Shown: positions 36,901-50,480 of the stretch, one piece after another | Layout of the letters: each line of letters starts with the position of its first letter | How positions within the stretch are numbered: position 1 is the stretch's first letter | NCBI GenBank assembly: GCA_907165135.1 | Contig: OU015566.1 | Coordinates: 1,054,001-1,118,000 of the forward strand | Source of the DNA: Oikopleura dioica | Taxonomy: Eukaryota; Animalia; Chordata | DNA length: 64,000 nucleotides | Direction of reading: 5' to 3' | Translations under genes and position numbers: made by a program | Notes under the pieces: generated by a model | Told to the model about the DNA's origin: nothing | The model's input: the letters and a program-made list of their open reading frames with translations, nothing else | The model's database searches: none

Positions 36901-39900
36901 CAGCGTTGACGATCGAGTTCTTGAATGTCACAGTGTCGTCAGAGGCGACGTGGCTGATGGCCATGGGCAAGTAGGAGAAAATGTGGACACCAACGACAGC
37001 GTCTTGAATGTCAACATTGTCGACGACGATGTGCTCAGCTTCCATGATGGCAGAAATACCATGAGACATGATTCGAGACATTCGGAAGCCAGCAAACTTG
37101 GTGCAGACGAGATCAACTGGGGCAAAGAGATTTCGGATACCATAAATAGAACCGTGAGCATAGTTATTTTCAGCAATTGAAGCAGCTGATGCAGTAGCGC
37201 CAGTTTCAGCAGCAGTGCAAGGCTCACCAGCATATGCGTAGGCGGGACCTTGAACACCATAAACAGCGTTTTTCTTGAAGCTGGTGAATGTCACTGCTTC
37301 CCAGGCGTCGATACCAGCTGGCATGTATTTTCCGTCAATGTCGAAATTGTGCATGTTCAAATACTGATCTTTGTAGAACCAGTTCTCAACAACAGATGAA
37401 ACGAGGTTATTATTGATTGTGACGTCGAGTGAGTTGGCAACAGCAATACCGTTGTCGACGGCCATAAAGACGTTGTTGGCGCTGAGCTCGACATTTGGAG
37501 CGTAATTGGCAGAGAGAGCCACACCATAGTTGTGGTGGAAAGAGCAGCCTCGAACGTAGGTTGCGCCGATTTCGTAACCAGCTGGCTGATACTCGTTGCC
37601 AGTTTCAGCGTGAACGGATTCGTCACGCGCTTGTCCCTGGCCATTGACTCCGTAAAGTGCCAAACCGTGTCGAGGATCCCACATGGAAGGCATTGCATAC
37701 TGTCCCATGCCGACAAATTCGACGTTTGCAATAGTCGCGTGTCCCTGTCGATAAATTTCACCGAATGGAGCGCCAGTTACAAGAACTCGGCCACCGTATT
37801 TCTCGCCTTCTGAACCGTTGGTTCCGTCGATCTTGATGTTTTTAGTCAAAAGACCGACTTCGGCAGCTTGTTTGAATCCAAAACCTTCATCGGTATCAGC
37901 AGTACCAAGATGTTGGAAGGCAAATGTCTCGGCGACAGTGATGACAGTGCCAGTAATGTCAGTGATTGTTAGATACTCAGCTTCGACATCAGACCAGGAT
38001 GTTCCAGTGACGAAGATTGAATCACCAACCTTCCATCCAGTTGGCTCAGTGCCGATAGTGATGGTGTTTCCGCCGATTTGAGAAGTAGCCTGAAGTCGGT
38101 AGTAGTTCTTTGGAACTTCGCATCCGACGAGAGACAATCGACCGAGAGAGGCAATAGTCTTGTTTCCGAGAGGAACAGAGTCAGGAGCTGCGCCGTAGCC
38201 ATGTCGATCTTCAGATCCAACGGCACCAGCAAATGTGAAGGTAAAGGATTTGTCGCATGGGAAAGGAGAATCTTCAGTTCCAACAATAAGTCGACCGAAT
38301 TGCCATTCTGGTTTCATATCCCAATTGACAGTTCTTGCCTGGCCTTCGATAACGGCAATTTCTTGCTCGACGCTGAAGGGGTTGATTCCACCGTGAGCGG
38401 AGTTGATCAGCATGTTGTGGAATTCAATGTTAAAGTCAGTGGCAGAAGCTGGATCGACTTCGAGAGTACCTTCAATGTAAAGCTCGTCGACGTAGATATT
38501 TGCAACATCAAGGATGACATGACGATCGTGAACAATCGTGACGTTTTCTTTATTTGAAGCGTCGAGGCCGGGAACGTACCCCTTAGGCCAACAATCTGGG
38601 CTCGACCAGAGACAAGTCTTAACTTCGGCTGGTGGAGTTGGGTTGTCGAAATTAGGAACTTCGCAGTTTGGCCAGTAGCATTTGTACATCTCGAATCGCT
38701 GGTTTTCATGCCAGCCGAATGTAGAATAGTCAGCGCCAGCATGCTGGACCAAGTTGATATAGAGATCACTCTGATCATCAATAAACCAGCCATAGTTTTG
38801 GGTCTGATTTGCAACACCTGGAACAGGGACAGTCTGAAGAGCGATTCCAGCACCATCCGCGAAATCAGCGTAGTCGGGCTGGTTTCGGAGATCCATCTTC
38901 AAAATGGTGTTCACATCGTACTTATCGTAGTGAGTTCGGAGATTGAAGGATACATTCGGCATTTGGTATTGGCCTTCCCACCAGATTTCGTTGACAACTT
39001 CGGATGGAGCAAGGAACATCCATGCTCGGCCCTTCTGTCCTCGCTTTTCTCTCCATGGAACCTGAGCAGTGATGTCGTCAGGCGAGTTCTCGTTCTTGTT
39101 GTTAACATTGAGGGTGATTGAGTTCAGAGATTCAGGAAGAATATCTTCGATAGATACTCGGAGGAAGTCCTGATCAGGAGTACAAACAGAAGCATCAAAT
39201 CCGAGATTCCAGCCAGCTTCGTTAATTGGAGAACAGTTGTCGTAAAGGGCACTTGTCGGAGTGACCTTAGAGTTGGGAATTCCTGTGCCGGAAAGAGTTC
39301 CATCCAAATCCCAGAGAACCGTTTCGAATTCCCACTCAAATTTACCCTTTCTGTCGGAATTATCCCAATCAACACCGGACCAGAGGGAGATTCGTCCGCA
39401 ATCGAATGGATACGAACTGTAGCAGAAGTCAATACCGTAGCAATTTTCACTGGCCTTTGAAGCTTCATTGAAATTGACGAATTTGATGTCGTGGACCTGG
39501 AAGCTTCCAAATTTCCATGGTGTTTCCATACCGAAAGAAGTGCATCCAGGAAGTGAAGGATGAGCATTAGTGGTTCCGATGACAACAGAGTTGTAATAAC
39601 CAGTTGAATCGGTCTCAAAGTTATCATTTGCATGGTTTTCTTTGAGAGAAAGTTCAGCCTTGAAGTTGTTAGCTGAAACGAAGTCGTTCATATGCACACC
39701 ATCTCCCATGGACATTTCGCATCCTCGATGGTTATTCCAGGCGTGGAAGTTAACCATTGGGTGATCAGCACCAGCCGGGCCATTTGAAGACTTGCACTCA
39801 GCAGCCCAATTGTTCTTTCGTGGAGTGTAGTCTTCAAAGATCCACATTCCATAAACACCGCAAGAATGAGCGACGTTATCTTTGAACTCGAGGACTGGAA

Positions 39901-42900
39901 CTTCTCTTGGACAGTAGTCGTTGTTGACGTTGGAACCGGTTGATCTCTTTGGAGGATTGACCCAGAAACCGAATGCGGATGAGCCGGCAGCGTGGTTTCC
40001 TCGAACGACGTTGTTGGTATTGACGATCCAGAAACTGGTTGGAGTCTGATCGACAGAGAGAAGGGAGGAAGAAGGTTTGGTCTTGATAGCAAGATTGTAT
40101 TGAATGTAGTTTCCGGTTTCAACAGCATCTTCAGTGAAGAAAGCATGGCCCATGTTATTGTAGGCGACGTTGTACTCGAAGGTAGCATCATTGACGGCGT
40201 GCATGGTCATGGCACGATTGAATGTCTGCCAAATACCGAGACCTCGGAAATAAGAGTTTGGCTGAGAGTAAGAATTGTGGAAGTGAACTGGGTATCGGCC
40301 AAGGTCAAATGCTTGTCCGGCGTGATGGACTTCCATGTATTCAATCTTTCCATGAGTAACAGAGTGAAGAAGCATATGAGCACCGAATTTATCAGAGCCT
40401 TCTTCGTCACCGAACCGATCGACGAAGCAATTCTGCTCGGCGTGGAGACCAAGATTGAGCTGATCAAAGTTCTCACATTGTGGAATTTCATCGTACCATG
40501 GAGATGGGTTTTTAGATCCTTCAAATTTGACATTTCTAGAAAGAAGACCGACTTCAGCTCTTTGGTGAAGGGTAACAGGTGTTCCATCTGGTCGAGTAGT
40601 AGTGAACTCGACACCCAAGTGAAGGTAGGCAAGTGGATCTTGAAGACCCAAAGTGGTGGTTCCGTCGCCATTGTCAGTGATAGAGGTGATTATATGGTCT
40701 TCGGATTCAATGATACTGTTTTTGTCACCAGTTGGGGCGATGGCGATTCGATTTCCAACATTCCAGCCGACAAGGCCGGATGGAGTCTGAATTGTGATAG
40801 AGGTATCACCAGCATTGGCGGAAGTATCGAGCATAGTCCAGGTTGGGCTGACTGGAGCACCGTGAATGTCAACAGTACCGGATCGAGCAGCGAAACACTT
40901 GGCACCATAAATTGGAAGTCTGATTGATCGCTGATGACCGTACATGGTGATTTTAGCGTTTTTGAGCATAGGTTCGTCTTCAGTTCCGAGCTGGAAGGCA
41001 CCATCAATGATAATGATGTACTCGGCGTTTAGTTCAATTCCGTCGACTTCAGTGTCCCAAATTAGGCTCCCTCGAATGAGGAGAACTGAGAGATAGGCGG
41101 TAGAAGTATCAAGAAGAATTTCGACTCCAGAAGGAATTTCGACGAGGTCACGAGTATTCTTTGGGGCGCCTTCGCAGTCCTCGAATGTACCAGTGGAGCA
41201 TCCCCAGGTAGCTGGGCTTGACCAAGCGTTGACATAGTAGAACTGGAAATCGCTGTTTGTGTATTGTCCGACGCCGAGGACATCAACCAAAACGTCGAAT
41301 GAGCCGGTACCAGAACTAGCACCAGTTTCACAAATGATTTCTGAGTTAGTCGCGGAAGTGACAACACATTCAGCGCCATTAATCGTTACGATGTTTGTGG
41401 CAATATCGGCATTGAAACCAGATCCAGCAATGGTAAGTGGAGTTCCACCAGCAGTACCACCTCTGAGCTTGGTCTTTGGAGATCCATCGGGGTTGGAAGC
41501 AGTGATTCCTGTCACAGCGGCAACAAGGGTGGCATCATAGGTGAATTGGGAGGCGAAAGTATGGGTGTTTGCACCATCAGTGAGAATGACAGTGCATGAG
41601 CCAGCAGAAGAGGCAGGGATAGTGCACTTGATCATATTTGATGTTGACTCTCCAATTGCACAGCTGTTACCGCAAATAGTGACAACAGCGTTTTGGTGAT
41701 CGAAACCAGTTCCAGTGATTGTCAGTGGAGCACCACCAGCAGTTCCGGACGAGGATGGAGAGAAGCCAGCGACGGTCAGAGCGTGGCTGTAGGTATGAGT
41801 TCCATCAGAGTTTCCTCCGTCCATGTTAGTCACAACAACGTTGTAATCACCAGCAACAAGATCAGGCATGTCGACGGTGACAAATTGACCAGTTGCTTTT
41901 GTACTAGAGCAACCGATGACAGGAAGCTCAACGCCGCCGATTGTGACGTAGTTTCGGTCACAAACAGCGTTGACTCCCTTCTCCATATCAATAGTCAAAG
42001 TAGTTGCAGCTGGTTCAAAAGGAGAAGCAGCCAGCTTAGGTGTAAGGGCACCGAGATAGCTGAATGTCATTCCGCTGCTAGCGGCACCAGAGTTGGCAAC
42101 AGTGATATCAGCAGTGATAGGACCGACGTCTTCACCAGAGTCAGGAGAAGTAAAGATGATATCTCCGTTGTCATCGAAAGAAACAGCGCATCCACCAGCG
42201 CAAAGATCGACACCGCCACTGACAAAGCTGACGACGGATCCTGCATCGAAGCCATCACCAGAAATCGTCACTGCAACACCTCCGTAAAGACCACCCTGAT
42301 TAGGGGTGACACTTGAAAGAATTGGAGAAACGCCAAATGTAATGGAATCGGAGAAACCAGTGTCGGAAACACCAAATGAACCGTCGACATCACCGCTGAG
42401 AGCGCCAAAGGTGCATGAAACGGAACCAGAACCTGAGACAACTGTGACATCGGCACAAACTCCTTCTTCTCCTCCGATCGAACCAATGCCAGAATAAGTA
42501 CCAGGAGCGAGTGAAAGACCAGAAAGTGTACCAGTTACAGTTCCGTCAGCAGAAGCAGAGAGGACAGTAAAAGTTGGTGCATCAGCAGTTGTCGTATCGA
42601 AAGTCGTGGCAATGTCAGATCCATCAAGAGAGAATGTGATATCAGTAGTGTCAGCTTTGGTTTCACATGTTGTAAAGATGAGCTCAGTTCCAGTATTGCT
42701 TTCGATATTGTCAACGCAGCTAGATGCTTCTCGAAGGCTGACAGTTGGTAATCCAAGAGTAGTGACGTCAGAGAGCAAGTTGAAACCAACGATGGTTACT
42801 CGAGTGCCACCGAACTTTGAACCAGAAGCAGGAGTAACACCAGTGACAGTAGCGGCAAATGAAGATGTAACGACATCATCACTTGTCTGAGCAGCAAGAT

Positions 42901-45900
42901 TCGAAGCGGTAATGACGTATTCACCGGCCTTGACGTTGACTGGGCAGCTTCCGGCAGTAGGATTGCAAGAAGCGCCATCAACGACGATATCTCCGCATGT
43001 TGGAGCTGGTGAAACAGTAACAACATTACCGAAAACGGAAACGTCCGTAAAGAAGCTTCCAAGAGGAGAGCTGAGAAGATATTTTCCATTATTAACAGTT
43101 TCGCTTCCGCAATCGAAAGAAGCAACAGCAGCTGTAAGATCAAGAGATGCATCACCAACTGTAACAGCAATGTCAACTTCGCCAGAGTCGTCGGTGACAA
43201 CAACTGTTCCGACAATTGTGTTCAAACCATCGTAAGGACCGCTTGAAATTGTGTATGTACCAGGTTCTGTGAGAACAAAGAAAACTTCGCCTTGGTTAGC
43301 TTCAATGGCATTGAGAGAAAGACTGACAGAATCACTGACGGCAGAAAACTGCATTGTTGGAATGATAGCGGCGCCATTTTCGGCGGGAAGAATGATATTC
43401 CAGCTGATGACGACCTTTGTGCCGGCAGAAACAGAAGCTGACGCTGGCTCGAATCCACCAGTTCGAGTGCTTGAACCCGAAGCGTGGAAAGAAACGGCAG
43501 CAGATGCAGCGGCTCGACAGGTGATTTCCGTGTTTGAAATCGAAGTAACATCACAGGCATTTGGTCCAAGACTGACTGAAACAGCGGAGGCATCGGAACC
43601 AAAACCGGATCCCTGGAAGACAACAGTGTTTCCACCAAATGGCGAGCCAGCAGGATTGACTACTTGAGAAACAGAAGCGTCGTAGACAAGACTTCCTTCC
43701 CAGTTTCCGGTTGTACAGATAGCTGAAGCAGAAACGCTACCGATATAATTGGCAGCTGGTGTGAAAGTAACTGTAGACGCTGGGGTAATGGCAATGTTGA
43801 CTCCATCAACAACGAGCACAAAAATGTCACCGTCGCAGGTCAAGTCAACAGATTCAGTTCCAGCGGGTGAAGCAGAGCTTGAGAAAGAGCAAGAAGCAGC
43901 TGGTCGAGCAGCGATCTCGAATGCGGCAGAAGCTCCAGAAACATCGACAGTGGTAGATCCAACAGCAACGCTGGTAACAGTACAAGTAGCCTGAGTATCA
44001 GTTACTGAGGAACATGAAGCATCGACACCGCCGATAACGACGGGTTCAGCGAGACCAACACCGTTGATGACGACTTGAGCGCCGGATGAGGCTAAAGAGG
44101 GCGAAACAGATGTAATCTGTCCGGTAACAGTAAGAGTGACTGTGTTAGAAGAGCCAGAAGCTCCAAGAACAGCGATACTGTAGGTACCAGCGGCAGCAGG
44201 AGCAGTGAAAGTAACTTGAAAAGCACTATCGAAAGTTGTCGCGACAGAAACTCCATCTACTGTAACAACATCAGCACTGACAAAGTTAGAACCAGCAAGA
44301 GCGACTGAGGAGCCAACAATGACGGATGATGCTGGAGCCGTAACAACTGGAAGGGAAGAGTCGTCAAAGGTGAACTGGCAGTCTCCAGTGCAAGCAGCTT
44401 GGATCTTTGAGGCCCAAAGCTGAACCTGTGGGGTAGAAGAAGCTCGAGCCCAGTTCGCAGCGTTGATGATAGTGTAAACTGGACCACCATGCTGGGAAGT
44501 TTCAGCAAAGGCAATGTCGGAATTGACATTAGCGCCGTTGATGGAGATGTCTGAATAGTCACCAGAATTTGCAAAACTGATTGTCATTTCGTATCCCTCA
44601 AGGCATTCACCCTCAAGACTGACGGTGGATCCAACGAAGTCTGAGCCGAATTGTTGCTGAATTTGATTTTCGATGTTTGCTGTGTTGCCTTCTACGAGCC
44701 AGGAAGCTTGGATGTTAGCAGTCATTCCTTCGTAGGAGAGATCAAAATCGCCTCCAAGGCCGCTTCCCATTTTTGAAACAATTGTTAAGTCAACCGCAGT
44801 TTCAGCAGAGTTACCAATCTTCAAAGTGTTGAAGGATTCGCCACAAGCATCAGCAGCGCCACTGAGAGTCAGCTGAAGGACGTCGTTGTTCCAGTTGGCG
44901 CCGACGGAAACAAGAATCGTTCCCGGAATAGCAGCTCGTTGAGATTGAACGACTGCAAATCCAGCAGTAGCGTCAGCGACGTAGACTTCATCGATGAAAA
45001 GATCTCCTCGTGACTGTGTGTCTTCGATGATGATCTTTGTGATGAACACTTTCTCTCCAGCGTCAAACTCAGCTTGAGCATTGGCATTGTTGGCAAGGAA
45101 ATCATCAGCCAAAGAATCTGTCTTCACGCACGCAAAAGACCATGCGTTTGGAGAGGTCTCGAGCCATGAGATCGATTCTGATCCAGTTTTGCCATTGATA
45201 TCGAACTTGACAGTGATGGTATCCGCGTAACCCTTGGAGGCGAAGCAAACTTCAGGATTTTTCTTTGATTTGACAGAGCCTTCAAAGAGAGTTCCCTTTC
45301 CAGACGAGAGTTTGTTTGTCTTGACACCACAGTAGGGCTCGACGTCCTCAACAAGAGTAAATCCATCAAGAGCCTCATCTCCAGAGCTGTATGATCCGTC
45401 CTCGATATCAGCGAACCCGTCAACAGAGCAAATAGCCTCGCGGATCGCCTCGACTGCAGCAGCAGATGCATCATTGTCGCCATAGACGAGTTCATCAGAA
45501 GCGGTACAGCCTTGGTTATTACAGGAGTAGACAAAGATGGGAGCGTTTGTATCGACAGTGCTGTTAGCATCAAGGAAATCGTACTCTTGTACTTCTCGCT
45601 GAGCTTCAGTAAATTTTACGAAAACGCTCTGAACTTCTTTGGCATAATAATCGCCAAGATGCTTTTCGGTGTCCGCATTTCGACCGGTGTTTCCGTGAAC
45701 AAGGTTTTTGTCAGCGTCCGGTCCGTGGAAAACATATCCGAACTTGAAATTGTCTCCTCCTCCCCAGTCATTGAAGGAAATTTTGACAAAATACTGTGTA
45801 TCAGCATCGAGAAGGAATTTCTGCCCAGGGGTACCCCATCGCTTCCATTCATCATTATCGTGCCATTTTCGGGTGACGACTGTTCGTAGATCACTTGCGC

Positions 45901-47889
45901 ATCCGATGTTTTGTTCAATAAGAGAAACCTTAGCAGTCAAAGTATCATCAGCTTCCGTTGAGATGAATGAGTAGTAGCCAGTCTGATATGGTCGGAAGAA
46001 ACCTTCGGAGACGCCGACGTAATTGTCTTCTCCATTGTTATGAACCGCGGTATAAGCTGACATGTGGAAGTTCGATGTTTCAGACTCTTCACTTCTTCGC
46101 AGAGTAAGATGAGAACTGTCTCCTTGAACAGGAGAAGTCAAAAAGGAAATCCAATTGGATCCTTGATTCCCGGCTTCTTGATAGTAGTTGACTTCGAATC
46201 CAGTTGAACCAGGGTACTTTTGAGCCATGTCTTCACATGAAGGAACAAAGCATTCCTCAGTCACGCCAGTTGGTCCGTCGCACATGGCATTTCGTCCATT
46301 CCATGGAGACACGCAATCGCTTTGACATTCTCGACCACTTCCTGTGAATCGAGGGGTTCCGTCTCCAACGAAATTATTCAAAATCTCCCAAGGCTTCGCG
46401 GCATTAACGAGAGTTACACAGTTGACAGTATCTACTGGAGCACCAGCAGCGCATTGGCCAAGAGACGGAGCAGTTTCGCAAGTGGCCTCGGTTCCATCAG
46501 CATTGACCTGGACATTGTTGCAAACAACACCACCAACTCGAATCTCAACGTCTCCTTCGAGATTCTGACCAGTGACGGTGATTTTGGTTCCTCCAAGACT
46601 TCCTCCGACGGAAGGAGATACGGATGAGATGACAGGTCGAACTTGCAAATTGAAGGCATTGCCGTTTTCGCACATGAAGTAATCTCGTGTGTACGAGAAA
46701 CCACGCTTGCTGGTGTATCGCAAGTTGTAGTTTCCGATTCGCGGTGCACCCGACCACTCTAATTGGCAGCGCACATAAGTATTGCTCCAGACTTGATGCC
46801 CGACAATAGCTCGATTTGATCCGCCGTCGTCCCAGTATGTCTTGCATTCGGCCATTCTGAAGCCGTACTGATCGTAAAGACCTGGTTGAAGGACGAATTC
46901 TTCGTTTGGATCGACATCTCTTTCAGAAATTGAGTTGGGATAGCGAGAGAATGCAAAGTCATAATCGTCGATTCTGAATTGAAGAACATTCGATCCGCAG
47001 AGGAATCGAACTTCGTTATTATCCACGCATCCTTCAGCATTATCCCCTGCAGATTGACAGAGAACACCGTAAATAGCGTTACCCTTGCAGACACAATCCT
47101 TTGGACCAGTGACGAAGCCGTTGATAAGATCATCTTGATCCCAAACTTGACCAGTTACAGTATTTCGGACTTGAACCGTCAAAGGAACACAGTTTTGAGA
47201 GGTTAAATCATCACGGATTTTGTTAACTCGCATGTCTTCATTTCCTCGAGGATTGTTCACAGTCTCGCCATCAATCCAGGTACTCCAGAACGTCGTTGGA
47301 GCCCCAGGAAGAATGAGACCATTCGAGTAGAGATTCCTGATAGTTGGGGTGTGGCGAAGAGCGACCGCTCGCTTGTTGGAGATCTCGCCCTCGACAGACA
47401 CTCGCATCCTGTAAAGATCGCCATCAGCGCAGTAGCCGGGAAGGTTGACTTCATCCAGGACGCAAACAGCGCTGGTATCACTTGTGTAGTGCATGATCAC
47501 GCGGCAGGGAACATCTGGACAGCCGGATTTATCGCCGGTATATGTGATGTAAGCCTTGGTCTCAGAGTCGGAGTTGTCTTTATCGTAGTTGGCTGGGAGA
47601 AAACCGGAACCGCTGAGAGTGATCCGGGTGCCACCACGAAGGGAGAGGCGATCCGAACTGAGGTCCTCTACTTCGATGCTGTCGAGATTCGGGGCGGCAC
47701 TGAGGCCATCGAGCCTGAGCTCCGCTTTCGCGAGCCCGAGTAGAAGTGTATAGAGACCAAGGCTCTGAAGATAAAATAAGTTTATGCGTAGATATTATTG
47801 TTATAAAAGAATAATTGAAATCATAATTAAAAATAAGTTTAAAAATCTTCTCAAAATAAATTATTCCTCTATCTCTCACTCACCTTCAT
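33965..47889 (-). CDS. Giant fibrocystin-L (PKHD1L1)-like secreted protein, about 4,536 aa
   Basis: Exons 47889-47884, 47764-35843, 35799-34691, 34643-34515, 34479-34276 and 34205-33965 join in frame through GT-AG introns. Signal peptide, many IPT/TIG repeats (SxxGGTxITxxGxxF), PA14-like region, two G8 domains, beta-helix repeats, and RRRRS/RYRR furin-type sites. Confidence 0.92.
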
Positions 47890-48270
47890 CTTCTAATGAA
47901 CCAAAAAAGCGGTCGAAAAGACTTATCAATAATGTCATATGCAGCAGAATTTCTACTTATTCATAATTCGACATTTCCCCGCTGGTGCATCAAATTGAAT
48001 TCGAGACCAATTTGAAGGAAATCAGCCGATTTTTTATTGTTTAGAAACTTCCGGAAACCACGCGGGAGGAATCCCGTAATATAATAAGGACTAACATAAT
48101 TACTTATTCATTTAAAAATTCAAGGGAAATCTCGAACTGGCGTAAACAAAATAGGGCGGGGTCTTTCGTCAGATGCAGAATGTCTCAGTATTCCGTGGGA
48201 AGAACTCAAGATGCGAAACTAACGCCGGATAGGTAAGTTTATTTCTCGCATTATCATTTTTGAGAAGAAA

Positions 48271-49143
48271 ATGAAGGTAACATTTTCGAAAAAATCAATA
48301 TACTTGCTTGCAAAAGGCAACTTATAAAGTTCAATAATTGACCTAAATTCTATAGTTCGCTTTTGGTCTCGTCGCTGCCGCCAGTGCCCTCCAGCCAGTG
48401 CCGGTCATCATCGGTGGCTCGACTGCTTCTCCCCACTCTCAGCCCTACATTCTCTCCCTCCAGCGAAGCGGCAGCCACTTCTGCGGCGGTTCCCTCGGTG
48501 GCACCCTTTCCAAGGGTATCACAGCTGCCCACTGCTACCAGACCAGCGTCACCGCCGTCGCTGGAGCTCACAACATCAAGCAGAATGAGAGCACTCAGCA
48601 GAAGAAATCCGTCTCCAGCTTCGTCCGACATCCAAACTACAACAGCCGAAACCAGCAAAATGACATTGCAGTTCTCAAATGGTCTGGATCCTTCTCTTCT
48701 ACTTCTGCTGTCAAGTACATGAGTCTCCCAGGTACGCCATTTTTTCCACTTCTGAATTGAAAATCTCCTCTTTGTTAGCTGCCCAGAACCGAGAATGGAT
48801 GCCCCACGGCGCCAACGTCCGCGTCTGCGGCTGGGGCAACACCTCCACCGGCATCATCGCCAACTACCCCTCTGAGCTCAAGTGCGTCAACGTCAACATC
48901 ATCCGCAACTCGATCTGCAACGACCGAAGCCACTACAACGGCTCCATCCTCAGCGGTATGTTCTGCGCTGGTATCCTCGACGTCGGCGGCAAAGACGCTT
49001 GCCAGGGTGACTCCGGCGGACCAGTTGTCTACAACAACCAGATGGTCGGCGCCACTTCTTGGGGAATCGGATGTGCGGAGGCCAAGTACCCCGGTGTCTA
49101 CACTGACGTCGCCATTTACAAGAACTGGATCAACGCTCAGTAA
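48271..49143 (+). CDS. Trypsin-like serine protease (S1A)
   Basis: MK|[11 protein letters not shown]...[27 protein letters not shown]. The catalytic triad and the S1 Asp are intact. Confidence 0.97.
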
Positions 49144-49589
49144 AGGATTTGTACTGCGAGAAAGCATGTAATAAATAAACTACATTCACGAACTCGTTCC
49201 AACTCTCTTTCTTTCTGCAAACTCACGTCATCCTGCAGACAAAAGCGTTTTCGCTTGATAAAAATAGCAAGATAAACTGACAAAGAGAGGGCTGAGTTCT
49301 ACCTGACGGGGATTCTAATGACAGCTTAATAAACATGCTTAGCGGCCTTTTATATAGCCGGCTGTTGGAGAAGCTCATAATACAATTTCGCAATTCTTAT
49401 GCATGATTCGGTAAGAGCATATTTATTTCGGGAAAAGAAAACTATGATTTCAATCTCATTTGAGCAGCTTCAAGTTCAGCCAGTTCCTGTGCTTTCCTCT
49501 CTTCTTCAGCTCGTTTTGCCTCGGCTTTTCGTTGCTTTACGTCATTCTACAAAAGAAAACTCAACTGACTTGTCTCTAGCGAAAGCCAA

Positions 49590-50118
49590 GACAACCTCTA
49601 GTTCGCTAGATCCCTAGATCAACCTCTTTACCTGAATTTCATCCATGTATCGAAGCGATGAAGACCACTTTTGGCACTGACTCGCGTCGGAAAAGTCGGC
49701 ATTAAGCTGATCGATGTCTGGACGATTTAACATATCAGCAAGCCATCTTATTCGAAAAGTTTAGAATAATTTAATAACTCGTTCATCACGAGGCGTTCAA
49801 ATTTATCAGAAACAAGAAAGTAATTGTTGAAGAAATAACCTGTCAAGACTTCGAATCTCATTTCGCCGGTCATTGATGATCTCGTCGACAGCGAATACTT
49901 CCCTGCCCCAAAGACCTGTCTGCCGCTGAAGGCCCTTGATTCGTTTCTCGCATCTTCGAAGCTGATCTGTTTGCTCCAGATTGTCTAGTGGACAGAAAAT
50001 TATTTCCGAAAATCTCAATTATTTCTGGTCTCTTGAGGCAATTACCGAATAACAGCGCGATTTGTCTTTTGGAAACGTCCTCCACAGCGTTATTTTTATT
50101 GAAACTCGTTCTTGACAT
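49590..50118 (-). CDS. Hypothetical small coiled-coil protein (tentative)
   Basis: Open exon-like stretches MSRTSFNKNNAVEDV... and LEQTDQLRRCEKRIKGLQRQTG...EIRSLDRLF. No family recognised. Confidence 0.3.
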
Positions 50119-50279
50119 ATCTGCCTCAATCTCTTTACAAAACCTCGTCAAGAGAAAGAAAATGATGAAAATTAAGACAGATGTGTATTTCAAGCTTTTC
50201 ACCTGTCAAGAAGCGGTCATCACGCCTCAGACGACACGCTCTAGTTTCTGATGCTTTCTCAAGGACAATTTATAAGTTC

Positions 50280-50480
50280 ATAAATAAAATATTTTTTTGA
50301 GAAAAAATAATAGTTTATGAAATAATAATATATAATGAATAGAATATTATTTTGAGAAAATTAAATTATTTTTTGAGAAAAAAAATTTCTTTTGAGAAAT
50401 AAAAAATTATTTTTTGTAAAAAAGATTTTTTTTTCTGAGAAAAATAAAATATATTTTTTGAAGAAAACCTTTTTCTTTTT
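50280..50480. repeat. AT-rich degenerate repeat (TTTTTGAGAAAAAA units)
   Basis: About six TTTGAGAAAA copies in near-pure A/T sequence. Confidence 0.6.

Noticed and set aside
34831-47743. Dozens of plus-strand and alternate-frame ORFs overlapping the giant gene
   Set aside because: They are shadow ORFs expected from the codon bias of a long CDS; none has a recognisable domain. The same applies to antisense ORFs over the astacin-like, lipase, trypsin and GH31 genes.
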